Made by a program: the position numbers and the translations under genes. A DNA stretch of 52,623 nt, taken from NCBI GenBank assembly GCA_016284515.1, contig JAEEOY010000102.1, forward strand, positions 1-52,623. The letters run 5' to 3'. The stretch is from Kiritimatiellia bacterium. GTDB lineage: Bacteria > Verrucomicrobiota > Kiritimatiellia > RFP12 > UBA1067. The notes under the pieces are model-generated. The model made no database searches. It saw only the letters and a list, made by a program, of their open reading frames with translations, and had not been told where the DNA came from. Positions 18,743 to 28,256 of the stretch are shown piece by piece (position 1 is the stretch's first letter; each line of letters begins with the position of its first letter).

Positions 18743-19477
18743 ATGAACAAGAACAACAGAAACGGATTCACACTTGTCGAGCTGCTGGTGGTAATCGGCA
18801 TTCTCGGCATACTGATGGGGGCGCTGTATCCTGCGATAACCGCTGCGATGCTGCGCGCCCAGACGTCTGCGACGGCGATGAAGGGGCACAAGCTCTTCGT
18901 CGCCGTGACGCAGGCGAACACGGAGCGCGAGGCGCGGGGGCTCACCTCGGTGTGGCCGCACCAGAGCGAGGAGGACGGACTCAACACGGAGGATACCGAG
19001 GACATCGCCGGACGCCAGTTCGGCTCGTCCACGGAGTACTTCAGGGAGCTGTTTGACCTCGACAGGTACGGCAGCGAGCGCTGGGCTCCGTATGTCGCGG
19101 GGATTGACCTGGACATGCTGTGCGCGCCCGGCGTGCCGCCGGTCGTCGGCACGGCGCTGCAGGCGAGGAACGTCTCGTGGACGGTGGCGTCGGGCGTGAC
19201 GGCGGAGATGGAGGACATAGTCCCCGTTTTCGCGACGCGCAACATCGACACCGCGGTGTTTCCGACGTCCGGGAGCAACGACATGTCCGCGAAGCACGAC
19301 ACCGTCGAACTCGGGGCGAAGTACCCCCAGCCGTTCGGGAACAAGGCGGGCGTGATCGTCCACAAGGGTGGTGCGACGCAGATCGTGACGCCGAGGTACG
19401 CGAAGCTCAACCACATCTACGGACGCCAGAGCTTCACCATTCCCGCCGGAATCACGATGAAATACCTTGAACCGTGA
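18743..19477 (+). CDS. Type IV prepilin-like (N-methylation domain) protein
   Basis: MNKNNRNG|FTLVELLVVIGILGILMGALYP: class III signal peptide with E5. Confidence 0.9.
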   Translation: MNKNNRNGFTLVELLVVIGILGILMGALYPAITAAMLRAQTSATAMKGHKLFVAVTQANTEREARGLTSVWPHQSEEDGLNTEDTEDIAGRQFGSSTEYFRELFDLDRYGSERWAPYVAGIDLDMLCAPGVPPVVGTALQARNVSWTVASGVTAEMEDIVPVFATRNIDTAVFPTSGSNDMSAKHDTVELGAKYPQPFGNKAGVIVHKGGATQIVTPRYAKLNHIYGRQSFTIPAGITMKYLEP

Positions 19478-19493
19478 CATAGACTCAGAAAAT

Positions 19494-19598
19494 TACCTCG
19501 CGAGGTACACACCATGCACCTCGCGAGGTACCCTATACCCACCTTGCGAGGTACCCTATGCCTACCTCGCGAGGTGCCTGCCATGTGCCTTGGAGAGA
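19494..19598. repeat. Tandem array with 23-bp period: palindromic 12-bp core ACCTCGCGAGGT plus 11-bp variable linkers (four copies and one degenerate copy)
   Basis: Cores start at 19495, 19518, 19541 (one mismatch), 19564 and, degenerate, 19587. Confidence 0.92.
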
Positions 19599-19679
19599 TG
19601 ATACTTTCGTATAGTAGATAGTCGAATGCGTTATGTGGTAAAATTTTAAGTGTCAAGAAAACCGCATGGAGGAACCGCG

Positions 19680-22460
19680 ATGTTGAATGCGAAGGTATGG
19701 AGATTTGCGCTGTCCGTCACGGCGCTTCTGGCGTTTTGCGCTGCATCCGCCGCGCCGGTGCTCCCCGGCTATCTCACCGATCCGACCGCGCTCAAGGAGA
19801 AATTGTCGAACGAAAAGGAATACCAGCCGCCCGAGCAGCTGAAGTATCCGTACGTCTCGACATACTACGTGAAACCGACTGTCTCGCCGGACGAGAAGGT
19901 CAGGGTCGGAATCTTCGTGACGGATTTCGAATCGTCGAAGGTGCGTTTCCTCGACGACTCGCACAGCTTCACCGCCTTCCTCGAGTACAGGCCCAGGGGC
20001 GGGGAGTCGAAGGTCCTGACTCTCAGGAACCTGAAGAGCGGTGACGCCGAGTTCGACCTCGGCACGCTCCCGTCCGGCGAATACGAGATGCGCGTCTGGG
20101 CGAAGGACGGGAAGGGACGCGAGTCGCACCGCGTGATACACGACTTCCGCGTCGCATCTGCCGCGGACCTCGCAATCCCCGCGGACAAAGTCTACACGAT
20201 GACCGAGGCGGACCTCGCGGCGTACGGAATCCGCAACGACGGCGACCTCGAGAAGGTTGTCTACGTCGGCTCGAACTCTACGGAGGTCGTGAAGAAGAAG
20301 CGCTCTGGAGTTCCGGGCTATACCGTAACCGTGCCGCTCGATCCCAAGACGAGCAAGGTGCCGTGGCAGGCGTGCAAGCAGGCGAAGATCGCCTATGACG
20401 AGGGCTACGACAAGTCCGCAGTCGAGGCGGATGCCGTCCGTACGGCAGAGGGGCTCCAGAAGCTGATCGACGAAAAGTCCGTCGCGGGCTTCCGCAAGGT
20501 CGTGCTGCTTGCGGGGACGTACCGCTTGTCGCACCAGAAATCGCTGTCCATCCCGAGCGGAATGACGCTCGACCTCGGAAAGGCCGTGCTCAAGCAGAAC
20601 GGCTTCACGGGCGCGAAGTCCTGCCTTGTGCGCATAGAGGGTGCGACGGACGCGCATCTCGTCGGCGGAACGCTCGAGGGCGACTACTGGGAGCACGACT
20701 ACGCGCTTTCGCCGAACAACTCCGAGTGGCCGGCAGGATTCGAAATCTGCGGCGGGGCGAGCTACTGCTCCGTCGAGGGCGTTAAGGTCGTGGACATCAC
20801 CGGCTACGGCGGGCAGAACGGAATCAGCACGACCGGCCCCGGCGGCCCCAGCCGATTCCTCGAGAGGCTCCCCGCGTTCGCGTCCGGCGGACTCGATCCG
20901 GCGACGGGCGAGGTGGACTCTTCGGACAAGTTCCGGTTCACCACCGACTTCAAGCCGCTCGACAAGATTCTCTCCGCCGGAAACCGCCGGCTCCAGATAT
21001 CGAAGTACCTCGGCTACCAGGGCGTCGCCACGCGTTCGTGGCAGACGACGGCGGCGTGGTACGACGCGTCGAAGAAGTTCCTCTGCGCCGAGACCGCCTG
21101 GCAGTACAGGGAGATGTGGATTCCGGAGGGCGCTGCGTTCCTGCGCGTCTCGGTCGAGGCGGAGAGCGCGGAGGCGGCCGATGGAGCCGGGCTCGTGCTT
21201 ACGTCATTCCGCATACCCGTGAACTGCGTCGTCGCGCGCTGCACCTTCGACAACTGCCGCTGCGTCGGCTACGCCGCGTCGGCGATGAAGAACATGTTCT
21301 TTGACGAAAACTTCTTCACGCGCTCCGGAGAGAGCGCCGCGTGCTGTGCCTTCGACGCGGAGGACGGATGGGACCAGATGCAGGACGTGTACTTCAGGAA
21401 GAACGTCTTCCGCGACAATCCGCGCAACAGCTCGATACTCACCTGCGCCGGACACAACTTCGTCATGGAGGAGAACGACGGCGACATCTATCTCTGGGGC
21501 CGCACCCACTCCCCGTGCGTGCGCGGCAACACAGTCGGACAGGCGACGTTCCGGTGCGACTCGCGCCTGCGCTCGGGCTACGGACGTTTCGGGGGCAACA
21601 CGTACACGAAGGGCGTCACCCTCGGACTCAACGACAGCAAGGAAAGGCCCGACAGCTGGGACCAGGTGCTTTCCGCAGTCGACTTCGACGCAGCGAAAGG
21701 GGAGTTCGCCGTATCCGTCGGCGCGGCGGGGCGCGTCGTCGGATGCAGCTTCCGCAATCTTCCCGTCGGCGTCGCGAACGCCTACGGCTGCACTTTCGAG
21801 AACTGCAAGGACGCCAGCTCGTACGGTCCGTTCCCGGGCGGGCGCTGGGTCGGGGTCACGGTGAAGGACTCGGTCTTCAGCCGCTTCTACCAGTCTAACA
21901 GGTGGGAGCGCTGCCGATTCGAGAACACGAAGCTGAACAACTTCGCCGGAGGATCTGTCATCGCAAAGGACTGCACCTTCACTGAGTCGTCCATATTCGG
22001 ACTCAGCGGTGCGGATATCCGGATGTCCGGCTGCACTCTTGACGGAACGCCCGTGCAGGGCGGCTGGTGGGAGAAGCCGGCGGACCTGCTGTTCAGGAAC
22101 TGCAAGATAAGCACGAAGGGGAGCGAGCCAGCGCTGAAGCTCGGCGCCTACACCGTCGGACGCGTCGCATTCGACGCATGCGAGGTCTCTGGTGCGGGAA
22201 GCCTCGTCGACATAAAGGACCTCAGGCCCATCCAGCTCCCGCCGAACGTTCCGGCAGAGGAGAACCCCGATCTCAAGCCCGGCATAATCGTCCTGCGCGG
22301 AACGAAGTGGATGAGCTCGGCGGCGGCCGTCGTCACACACGCCGCCCCGCCCCAGGGGGTGACTCCGCCGAAGAAGATATTGATACGAAACAAGGACAAC
22401 GCCTGGCCGGAGGGAATTGCCGTCGCGGCTGATGTCCCTCCTCACTGGGAAGTAAAGTGA
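19680..22460 (+). CDS. Secreted hypothetical protein with right-handed parallel beta-helix repeats
   Basis: GGAGGA SD, signal peptide ending ASA-AP, pectate-lyase-like start (GLQKLID...VVLLAGTYRL), many C-x-F-x-N-C repeats, and TGGTAAAAT at 19636-19644. Confidence 0.8.
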   Translation: MLNAKVWRFALSVTALLAFCAASAAPVLPGYLTDPTALKEKLSNEKEYQPPEQLKYPYVSTYYVKPTVSPDEKVRVGIFVTDFESSKVRFLDDSHSFTAFLEYRPRGGESKVLTLRNLKSGDAEFDLGTLPSGEYEMRVWAKDGKGRESHRVIHDFRVASAADLAIPADKVYTMTEADLAAYGIRNDGDLEKVVYVGSNSTEVVKKKRSGVPGYTVTVPLDPKTSKVPWQACKQAKIAYDEGYDKSAVEADAVRTAEGLQKLIDEKSVAGFRKVVLLAGTYRLSHQKSLSIPSGMTLDLGKAVLKQNGFTGAKSCLVRIEGATDAHLVGGTLEGDYWEHDYALSPNNSEWPAGFEICGGASYCSVEGVKVVDITGYGGQNGISTTGPGGPSRFLERLPAFASGGLDPATGEVDSSDKFRFTTDFKPLDKILSAGNRRLQISKYLGYQGVATRSWQTTAAWYDASKKFLCAETAWQYREMWIPEGAAFLRVSVEAESAEAADGAGLVLTSFRIPVNCVVARCTFDNCRCVGYAASAMKNMFFDENFFTRSGESAACCAFDAEDGWDQMQDVYFRKNVFRDNPRNSSILTCAGHNFVMEENDGDIYLWGRTHSPCVRGNTVGQATFRCDSRLRSGYGRFGGNTYTKGVTLGLNDSKERPDSWDQVLSAVDFDAAKGEFAVSVGAAGRVVGCSFRNLPVGVANAYGCTFENCKDASSYGPFPGGRWVGVTVKDSVFSRFYQSNRWERCRFENTKLNNFAGGSVIAKDCTFTESSIFGLSGADIRMSGCTLDGTPVQGGWWEKPADLLFRNCKISTKGSEPALKLGAYTVGRVAFDACEVSGAGSLVDIKDLRPIQLPPNVPAEENPDLKPGIIVLRGTKWMSSAAAVVTHAAPPQGVTPPKKILIRNKDNAWPEGIAVAADVPPHWEVK

Positions 22461-22482
22461 TCTCACAGAAAGGAGCAGAGCC

Positions 22483-24891
22483 ATGAAAGGCACCAGAAAA
22501 CTTCTCGCCCTTTCCCTGGCCTCGGCCACGGCCTTTGCCGCGTGCGGAGGCGAGAAGCTCGTGAAAACCGGGGACAAGCTCGTATTCATGGGCGACTCGA
22601 TCACCTGGTACGGCGTGACCAATCGCCACGGATACGTCAATCTCGTCGTCAAGGGCCTCGCCGCGAACGGCATCAACGTGACATGGTACGGCGTGGGCGT
22701 GAAGGGTGACAAGTCGGCCGCGATGCTCGCTCGGTTCGACGCCGATGTCATCGCGCACGATCCAGATGTCGTCACCATCAGCGCGGGCGTCAACGACGTC
22801 TGGTACCAGGACGCGAATTCGACGTATGAAAAGTTCTACGCCAACGAGCTCCAGATGGTCGCAAAGACCAAGGCCGCCGGTGCCGTTCCCGTCCTGCTTT
22901 CGCCGACCACGGCGGCCGGCGAGGCGGAAAACGTCGAGATCCGCCGGTATGCGGCCGGCGTCAAGGAGATCGCCGCCGCCGAGGGCATTCCATATGCCGA
23001 CACCTTCCACGCCGTGCGCGGCTGGATCGACGACATCGACAATCCGCGCCTGAGCGAGCAGACCGGATACAACATGGGCGGGCGTGCCGCGACCGTCGAC
23101 GGCGTCCACATGGCGCCGACGGGCGACCGGCAGATGGCTCGCGCCGTCCTCGCGGCGTTCGGACTCAACGCCGCGGAGATGTCCGCCGCGGAAGCGGCAT
23201 GGAACGCGGACGGAACGCTGATCGTCAAGGAGACCTATTCGGACGAGCCCTCCGCAGCCGTGAATCTCTCCGCCGCCGAATACGCGGCGTTCGAGTCGAA
23301 AGCCTCCGCCAGCGGACTTTCAGTCGACGCCTTCGCGAAGCAGGTCTTTCGACAGGGCATTGACTCGCTTGCGGCGAACCCCGCGAAGGAGTCCGAGGCG
23401 GCTGGCGCCTCCGTCGCGCTCACGGCCTCCGTCCCGGTCTCTTTCGCGGGTTACGACAAGCTCCTGCATGCGGCGGATCGGATCAAAGGCACCTTTGACG
23501 ACGCCTGCAGGTCCGCGCTCCTGCGCGGAGTGCGAGAGTGCGCCGCCTACGCGGCGCCGATCCCCACCGCGCCCGTCCTTGAGGAGTTTTTCGTACAGCC
23601 CGCGTCCACGGTCGTTACGCTCTCCGGCATGATCGCCTCGCCCGGCGCCGGGGCGAGCGCGTGTGACATTGCCTTTGCGTACGGTACGGACGCGGACAAC
23701 CTCGGCCCGGAGCAGATAGTCCTCGCCGGGCAGCGCAACCGCTTCGTCGCCTGGATCAAGGGCCTGGCCCCGGGAACCACCTACCACTACACGGCGTCCG
23801 TCGTCAACAATGCGACGGGTCGCCTTAGCGTCCGGCGGCAGGGCAGCTTCACCACCGCCGCTTCCGGAACCGGCGCGCTCGAGCCCAGCGGAGACGACGA
23901 CACGGCGGCGCTTCAGACGGCAATTGACGCCGCGGCGGCCTCCGGCGGAACCGTGGCGCTTGCCGGAGGGACCTACCTCGTCGACGCGGAACTGGCAATC
24001 ACCAACGGCGTCACCGTCGCCGGCAGCGGCTGGCGGACGACAGCCATCCGGCAGCGGGCGACCAAGCGCGTCGCGACCCTCGACGGCGGCTCGACCCTCC
24101 GTGGCGTGACGCTGACGGGCGGCATCACGTCCGGCGGATACAACCACGGCGGCGGGGCCTATCTTTCGGACGGTCACCTCGTCGAGTGCCGTGTCCTCAA
24201 GAACATTGCCGGCGCCACCGGAAACGCGTGCTTCGGCGGCGGGGTCTTCCTCGACAAGGGCACCGTCGAGCGTTGCCTCGTCGAGCAGAACCAAGTGGGC
24301 ATGAAAGGCGCCACCCTCAGCGGCGGAGGCGGAATCGGCTGCCGCGACCAGACGGCCCGCGGCGAGGCCGTCGTCGATGCGTGTCTCGTCCGCGGGAACC
24401 GGGTGTTCGGCAATGGCGGCGGCATTGGTTTTGATGTCTTCTACAAGACCTACGCCCGCAAGGTGCGCAACACCACCATCGTTGGCAACTGGGCGAGCGG
24501 AGCGGGCGGCGGAGTCCATTCGGCGAATGACACGAACAGGAAAGCGTCACTTGTCGATTGCATCATCGCCGGCAATGCCTCCGGCGCCGCGGCGAAGACT
24601 GTAGACATGAGCTACACGGGCGGTGTGGACTACTGCCTCTTCGACGTCGAGGCGGATAAGACCGGAGCCAAAAGCCTGTTCGGCTCGCCGGCGTTCGTCG
24701 ACGCGGCGAACAACGACTACCGCCTGTCCGCGAGCTCGCCGGCGATCGGCATGGGCATGACGTATTCGGGCATCGGCACGGATCTAGACGGCGCCGAGTT
24801 CGCCAATCCTCCGTCAATCGGATGCTACGAGTTCGATGGAACCGTGCCGCCTCCGGCGAAGCGTTCCCGCATCGTCTTCTCGATTGACTGA
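22483..24891 (+). CDS. Secreted SGNH/GDSL hydrolase fused to FN3-like and beta-helix domains
   Basis: GDSIT, GVKGD, GVNDV and DGVH blocks; GLAPGTTYHY; DDTAALQTAID; GGG repeats; DYRLSASSPAIGMG...IGCYE. AAGGAG SD. Confidence 0.88.
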   Translation: MKGTRKLLALSLASATAFAACGGEKLVKTGDKLVFMGDSITWYGVTNRHGYVNLVVKGLAANGINVTWYGVGVKGDKSAAMLARFDADVIAHDPDVVTISAGVNDVWYQDANSTYEKFYANELQMVAKTKAAGAVPVLLSPTTAAGEAENVEIRRYAAGVKEIAAAEGIPYADTFHAVRGWIDDIDNPRLSEQTGYNMGGRAATVDGVHMAPTGDRQMARAVLAAFGLNAAEMSAAEAAWNADGTLIVKETYSDEPSAAVNLSAAEYAAFESKASASGLSVDAFAKQVFRQGIDSLAANPAKESEAAGASVALTASVPVSFAGYDKLLHAADRIKGTFDDACRSALLRGVRECAAYAAPIPTAPVLEEFFVQPASTVVTLSGMIASPGAGASACDIAFAYGTDADNLGPEQIVLAGQRNRFVAWIKGLAPGTTYHYTASVVNNATGRLSVRRQGSFTTAASGTGALEPSGDDDTAALQTAIDAAAASGGTVALAGGTYLVDAELAITNGVTVAGSGWRTTAIRQRATKRVATLDGGSTLRGVTLTGGITSGGYNHGGGAYLSDGHLVECRVLKNIAGATGNACFGGGVFLDKGTVERCLVEQNQVGMKGATLSGGGGIGCRDQTARGEAVVDACLVRGNRVFGNGGGIGFDVFYKTYARKVRNTTIVGNWASGAGGGVHSANDTNRKASLVDCIIAGNASGAAAKTVDMSYTGGVDYCLFDVEADKTGAKSLFGSPAFVDAANNDYRLSASSPAIGMGMTYSGIGTDLDGAEFANPPSIGCYEFDGTVPPPAKRSRIVFSID

Positions 24892-24926
24892 GCGGCGTCC
24901 GCCCGATTTATGGTATAATTTCGGGC

Positions 24927-25538
24927 ATGGAAGATTTCGGATTCTATCTTGTGATGACCGACCCGAAGGTCGGATACGAGCGCTGCTGCGAGGCCGCCGT
25001 GAGGGCGGGCGTCAAAATGGTGCAGCTGCGCATGAAGTACGTTCCGCGCGAGGAGCTGCTCGACATGTCGAAGCGGCTCGCCGCTATCACGAAGGGAAGC
25101 GAGACGAACCTCATCATCGACGACGACGCGTCCGTCGCCGCCGAGTCGGGTGCGGACGGCGTTCATGTCGGACAGGACGACATGTCCGTCGAGGAGGTGC
25201 GCGCGCGCTTTCCAGAACTTCGCATTGTCGGGCTCTCCACGCACAACCTCGCCCAGGCCCAGGATTCGCTGCGCCACTCTCCCGACTACATCGGCGTCGG
25301 GCCGGTCTTCAAGACGCCGACGAAGAAGATCCCGGACCCCGTACTCGGAACGGAGCTCGCCGGACGCATGATCGCGTCCGTGCCGTATCCCGCCGTCGCC
25401 ATCGGCGGAATCAACGCCGAGAACCTTAAGTCTGTGATCGCCGCCGGCGCGCGGAACTGGTCCGTCGTCCGCGCCGTCTGCGGCTCGGACGATCCGTATT
25501 CCGCGATCCTCCGCCTGCGTGAGATTGCAGAGGGGTGA
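24927..25538 (+). CDS. thiE: Thiamine-phosphate synthase (probably leaderless)
   Basis: VQLRMK, IIDDD, DGVHVGQDD, GLSTH, DYIGVGPVFKTPTK, AIGGI. TGGTATAAT lies 7 nt before the ATG. Confidence 0.95.
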   Translation: MEDFGFYLVMTDPKVGYERCCEAAVRAGVKMVQLRMKYVPREELLDMSKRLAAITKGSETNLIIDDDASVAAESGADGVHVGQDDMSVEEVRARFPELRIVGLSTHNLAQAQDSLRHSPDYIGVGPVFKTPTKKIPDPVLGTELAGRMIASVPYPAVAIGGINAENLKSVIAAGARNWSVVRAVCGSDDPYSAILRLREIAEG

Positions 25539-25590
25539 TGTAACCTTTGGATACGGACGCGCGGCGGCAGTTTTGATAGAATAACCGCAA

Positions 25591-25656
25591 ATGAACAATC
25601 GTTTCTACAGCAAGTGGCAGTGGTGGCTTCTCCCGACCGGGGCGTGGCATCGCTGA
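25591..25656 (+). CDS. trpL: Trp operon leader (attenuator) peptide MNNRFYSKWQWWLLPTGAWHR
   Basis: 21 aa with 4 Trp (WQWW), located directly upstream of a terminator and trpB. Below the ORF-track length cut-off. Confidence 0.88.
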   Translation: MNNRFYSKWQWWLLPTGAWHR

Positions 25657-25681
25657 GTCTGCACACATTTGCGGCAAGAAG

Positions 25682-25717
25682 GCGGCCTCGCTTCGGATGA
25701 AGCGGGGCGCTTTTTTT
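25682..25717 (+). terminator. Attenuator terminator hairpin
   Basis: Stem CCTCGCTTC-ggat-GAAGCGGGG followed by T7. Confidence 0.88.
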
Positions 25718-25767
25718 AATGATGGATTTCGGGAAATCAAACAATCAAACAACGGAAAAGCCAAACA

Positions 25768-26946
25768 ATGAAAAACGGACACTACGGACAATACGGCGGA
25801 CAGTACGTCGCCGAAACGCTTATGGGGCCCCTCAAGGAGCTCGAGGCCGCGTACTTCGAGGCGAAGGACGATCCAGCCTTCCAGCGCGAGTTCGCGGAGC
25901 TGCTGCACGACTACGTCGGACGCGAGTCGCCGATCACCGTCTGCCGCCGCCTCTCCGAAAAGCTCGGCGGCGCGACGATAGTCCTCAAGCGCGAGGATCT
26001 CAACCACACCGGCGCGCACAAGGTGAACAACACCATCGGACAGGCCCTGCTCGCGAAGCGCATGGGCAAGCGCCGCCTCATCGCGGAGACCGGCGCGGGG
26101 ATGCACGGCGTCGCGACCGCGACAGTCGCCGCGCTCTTCGGAATGCCCTGCGAGGTATACATGGGCGCGATAGACGTGGACCGCCAGGCGCCGAACGTCG
26201 GACGCATGCGCATGCTCGGCGCGACGGTGCACGCCGTAACCGAGGGAAGCGCGACGCTGAAGGACGCGATGAACGAGGCCCTGCGCGACTGGGTCACCAA
26301 CTGCGACGACACGTTCTACGTCATCGGCACAGCGGCGGGTCCGCACCCCTACCCCGAGATGGTGAAGGACTTCCAGTCCGTCATCGGACGCGAGGCGCGG
26401 CGCCAGTGCCTCGAGAAGTTCGGACGCCTCCCCGACCAGGCGATCGCCTGCGTGGGCGGCGGGTCGAACGCGATCGGACTCTTCGCCGGCTTTTTCGACG
26501 ACGCGTCCGTTAAGCTCGTCGGCGTCGAGGCGGCGGGGAAGGGCATCGCGACCGGCGAGCACGCGGCGTCCATCAACGGCGGACGCCTAGGCGTTCTCCA
26601 CGGCGCGAAGACGATGCTCCTGCAGCGTCCGGACGGAAACGTCATCGACACCTACTCCGTCTCTGCGGGACTCGACTACCCTGGCGTCGGTCCGGAGCAC
26701 TGCCACCTCCATGACACCGGCCGCGCCGAATACGCCGCGGTGACGGATGACGAGGCTGTCGCGGCGTTCGACGAGCTGTGCCGCTACGAGGGCATCATCC
26801 CCGCGCTCGAGTCGAGCCACGCGCTCGCCGAGGCGATAAAGCGCGCGCCGACGATGCCGAAGGACTCGATTCTCCTCGTGTGCCTCTCGGGGCGCGGCGA
26901 CAAGGATCTGGAGAACATCGAAAACTACAAGAAGTCGAAAGGTTGA
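25768..26946 (+). CDS. trpB: Tryptophan synthase beta chain
   Basis: [58 protein letters not shown]. Confidence 0.98.
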   Translation: MKNGHYGQYGGQYVAETLMGPLKELEAAYFEAKDDPAFQREFAELLHDYVGRESPITVCRRLSEKLGGATIVLKREDLNHTGAHKVNNTIGQALLAKRMGKRRLIAETGAGMHGVATATVAALFGMPCEVYMGAIDVDRQAPNVGRMRMLGATVHAVTEGSATLKDAMNEALRDWVTNCDDTFYVIGTAAGPHPYPEMVKDFQSVIGREARRQCLEKFGRLPDQAIACVGGGSNAIGLFAGFFDDASVKLVGVEAAGKGIATGEHAASINGGRLGVLHGAKTMLLQRPDGNVIDTYSVSAGLDYPGVGPEHCHLHDTGRAEYAAVTDDEAVAAFDELCRYEGIIPALESSHALAEAIKRAPTMPKDSILLVCLSGRGDKDLENIENYKKSKG

Positions 26947-26950
26947 GGCA

Positions 26951-27688
26951 ATGAAACGAATTGCAGATGCATTTGAAAACGCAAAGTCGCAGGGGCGCGG
27001 CGCATTTGTCGCGTACCTCACAATCGGATATCCGTCGCTCGCCAAATGCGAGGCGGCGATAGACACGCTCGTCTCCGAGGGGGCGGACATCATCGAGCTC
27101 GGCGTTCCGTTCTCCGATCCGTTCGCCGACGGCGCGGTGATCCGCTCCGCGGCGTACGAGGCGCTGAAGCAGGGCGTGACGCTTGCGGACGTCCTCGCGC
27201 TCGCGAAGCGTGTGAGGGCGAAGCATCCGAAGACGGGGCTTGTCCTGTTCTCGTACTACAACCTCCTCTTCGCGAACGGACTCGACCGCTTCGCGGACGC
27301 GGCGGCGGACGCCGGGATCGACGCCGTGCTGGCGGTGGACCTTCCGCTCGAGGAGCGCGAGGAGCTTCTCGCCGTGCTGCGTCCGCGCGGAATCTCCTAC
27401 GTCCCGCTGATCGCACCGAACACTCCGATGGAGCGCGTGAAGGAGAGCGCTAAAGGCCTCGACAACACGTTCCTCTACGTCATCACCGTGAAGGGGATCA
27501 CCGGCGCGCGCAAGGAGCTCCCGTCCGACCTCGCGTCCCGCCTCGACGCGATACGCGCGGCGGTGGAGCTTCCGATAGCCGCCGGCTTCGGCATCTCCAC
27601 GAAGGAGCAGGCGGAGGAGGTCTGCCGCCATGCAGACGGATACATCATCGGGTCCGCGCTCGTGAAGCGCTTCGGCAATGCGTCCTGA
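26951..27688 (+). CDS. trpA: Tryptophan synthase alpha chain
   Basis: IELGVPFSDPFADGAVI, VDLPLEE, GITGAR, GFGIS, IIGSA. Confidence 0.97.
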   Translation: MKRIADAFENAKSQGRGAFVAYLTIGYPSLAKCEAAIDTLVSEGADIIELGVPFSDPFADGAVIRSAAYEALKQGVTLADVLALAKRVRAKHPKTGLVLFSYYNLLFANGLDRFADAAADAGIDAVLAVDLPLEEREELLAVLRPRGISYVPLIAPNTPMERVKESAKGLDNTFLYVITVKGITGARKELPSDLASRLDAIRAAVELPIAAGFGISTKEQAEEVCRHADGYIIGSALVKRFGNAS

Positions 27689-28256
27689 AATCAAGGTCTG
27701 CGGTGTGAACGACGCCGCGTTCGCCGAGTCCGCGGCGCGCGCGGGAGTGGACTACCTCGGCTTCATCTTCGAGCCGTCCTCTCCGCGCGCCGTCACGGTC
27801 GAGAAGGCGATTGAATGCGGAAAACGGCTTGGAGACGCGGCATCTTGCCGCGTCAGACGTGTCGGCGTCTTTGTGAAGCAGACGACCGCGGAAATCGTCG
27901 AGACAATGCGCAATGCGCGGCTCGACGTCGTGCAGCTCCACAGGCGCGCGACGGAGGAGGAGGTCGCCGCGCTGCGCGCCGCTGGCTTCGAAGTTTGGAC
28001 TCTCGCTGGCGGCGCGCCCGGTGACGGCGTGCTGTTCGACTCGTCGCACGGAGACGGCGAGCGAGGTTTCCGCAGGGGGCCATACAAGGCGATCCTCGCG
28101 GGCGGAATAGGGGAGTCGAACGTCGCGGAGGCGCTTCGGCTCGACCCCGACGTGATAGACGTCAACAGCTCCCTGGAGACCTCTCCCGGCGTCAAGAGCG
28201 CCGACTTGCTCGACCGTTTTCTTTGTCGTTTCGCCTCAGTGCAAATTGGAGTATGA
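27678..28256 (+). CDS. trpF: Phosphoribosylanthranilate isomerase
   Basis: KVCGV, GFIF..SPR, VGVFV, VQLH, ILAGGI, DVNSSLE..PGVK. Confidence 0.93.
   Translation: MRPEIKVCGVNDAAFAESAARAGVDYLGFIFEPSSPRAVTVEKAIECGKRLGDAASCRVRRVGVFVKQTTAEIVETMRNARLDVVQLHRRATEEEVAALRAAGFEVWTLAGGAPGDGVLFDSSHGDGERGFRRGPYKAILAGGIGESNVAEALRLDPDVIDVNSSLETSPGVKSADLLDRFLCRFASVQIGV
27831..27854 (+). repeat. REP-like palindrome GGAGACGCGGCATCTTGCCGCGTC, in-frame inside trpF
   Basis: Exact reverse complement of 28869-28892. Encodes GDAASCRV. Confidence 0.85.

Noticed and set aside
19494-19598. CRISPR array
   Set aside because: The 12-bp repeats and 11-bp linkers are far too short, the linkers resemble each other, and there are no cas genes in the window.
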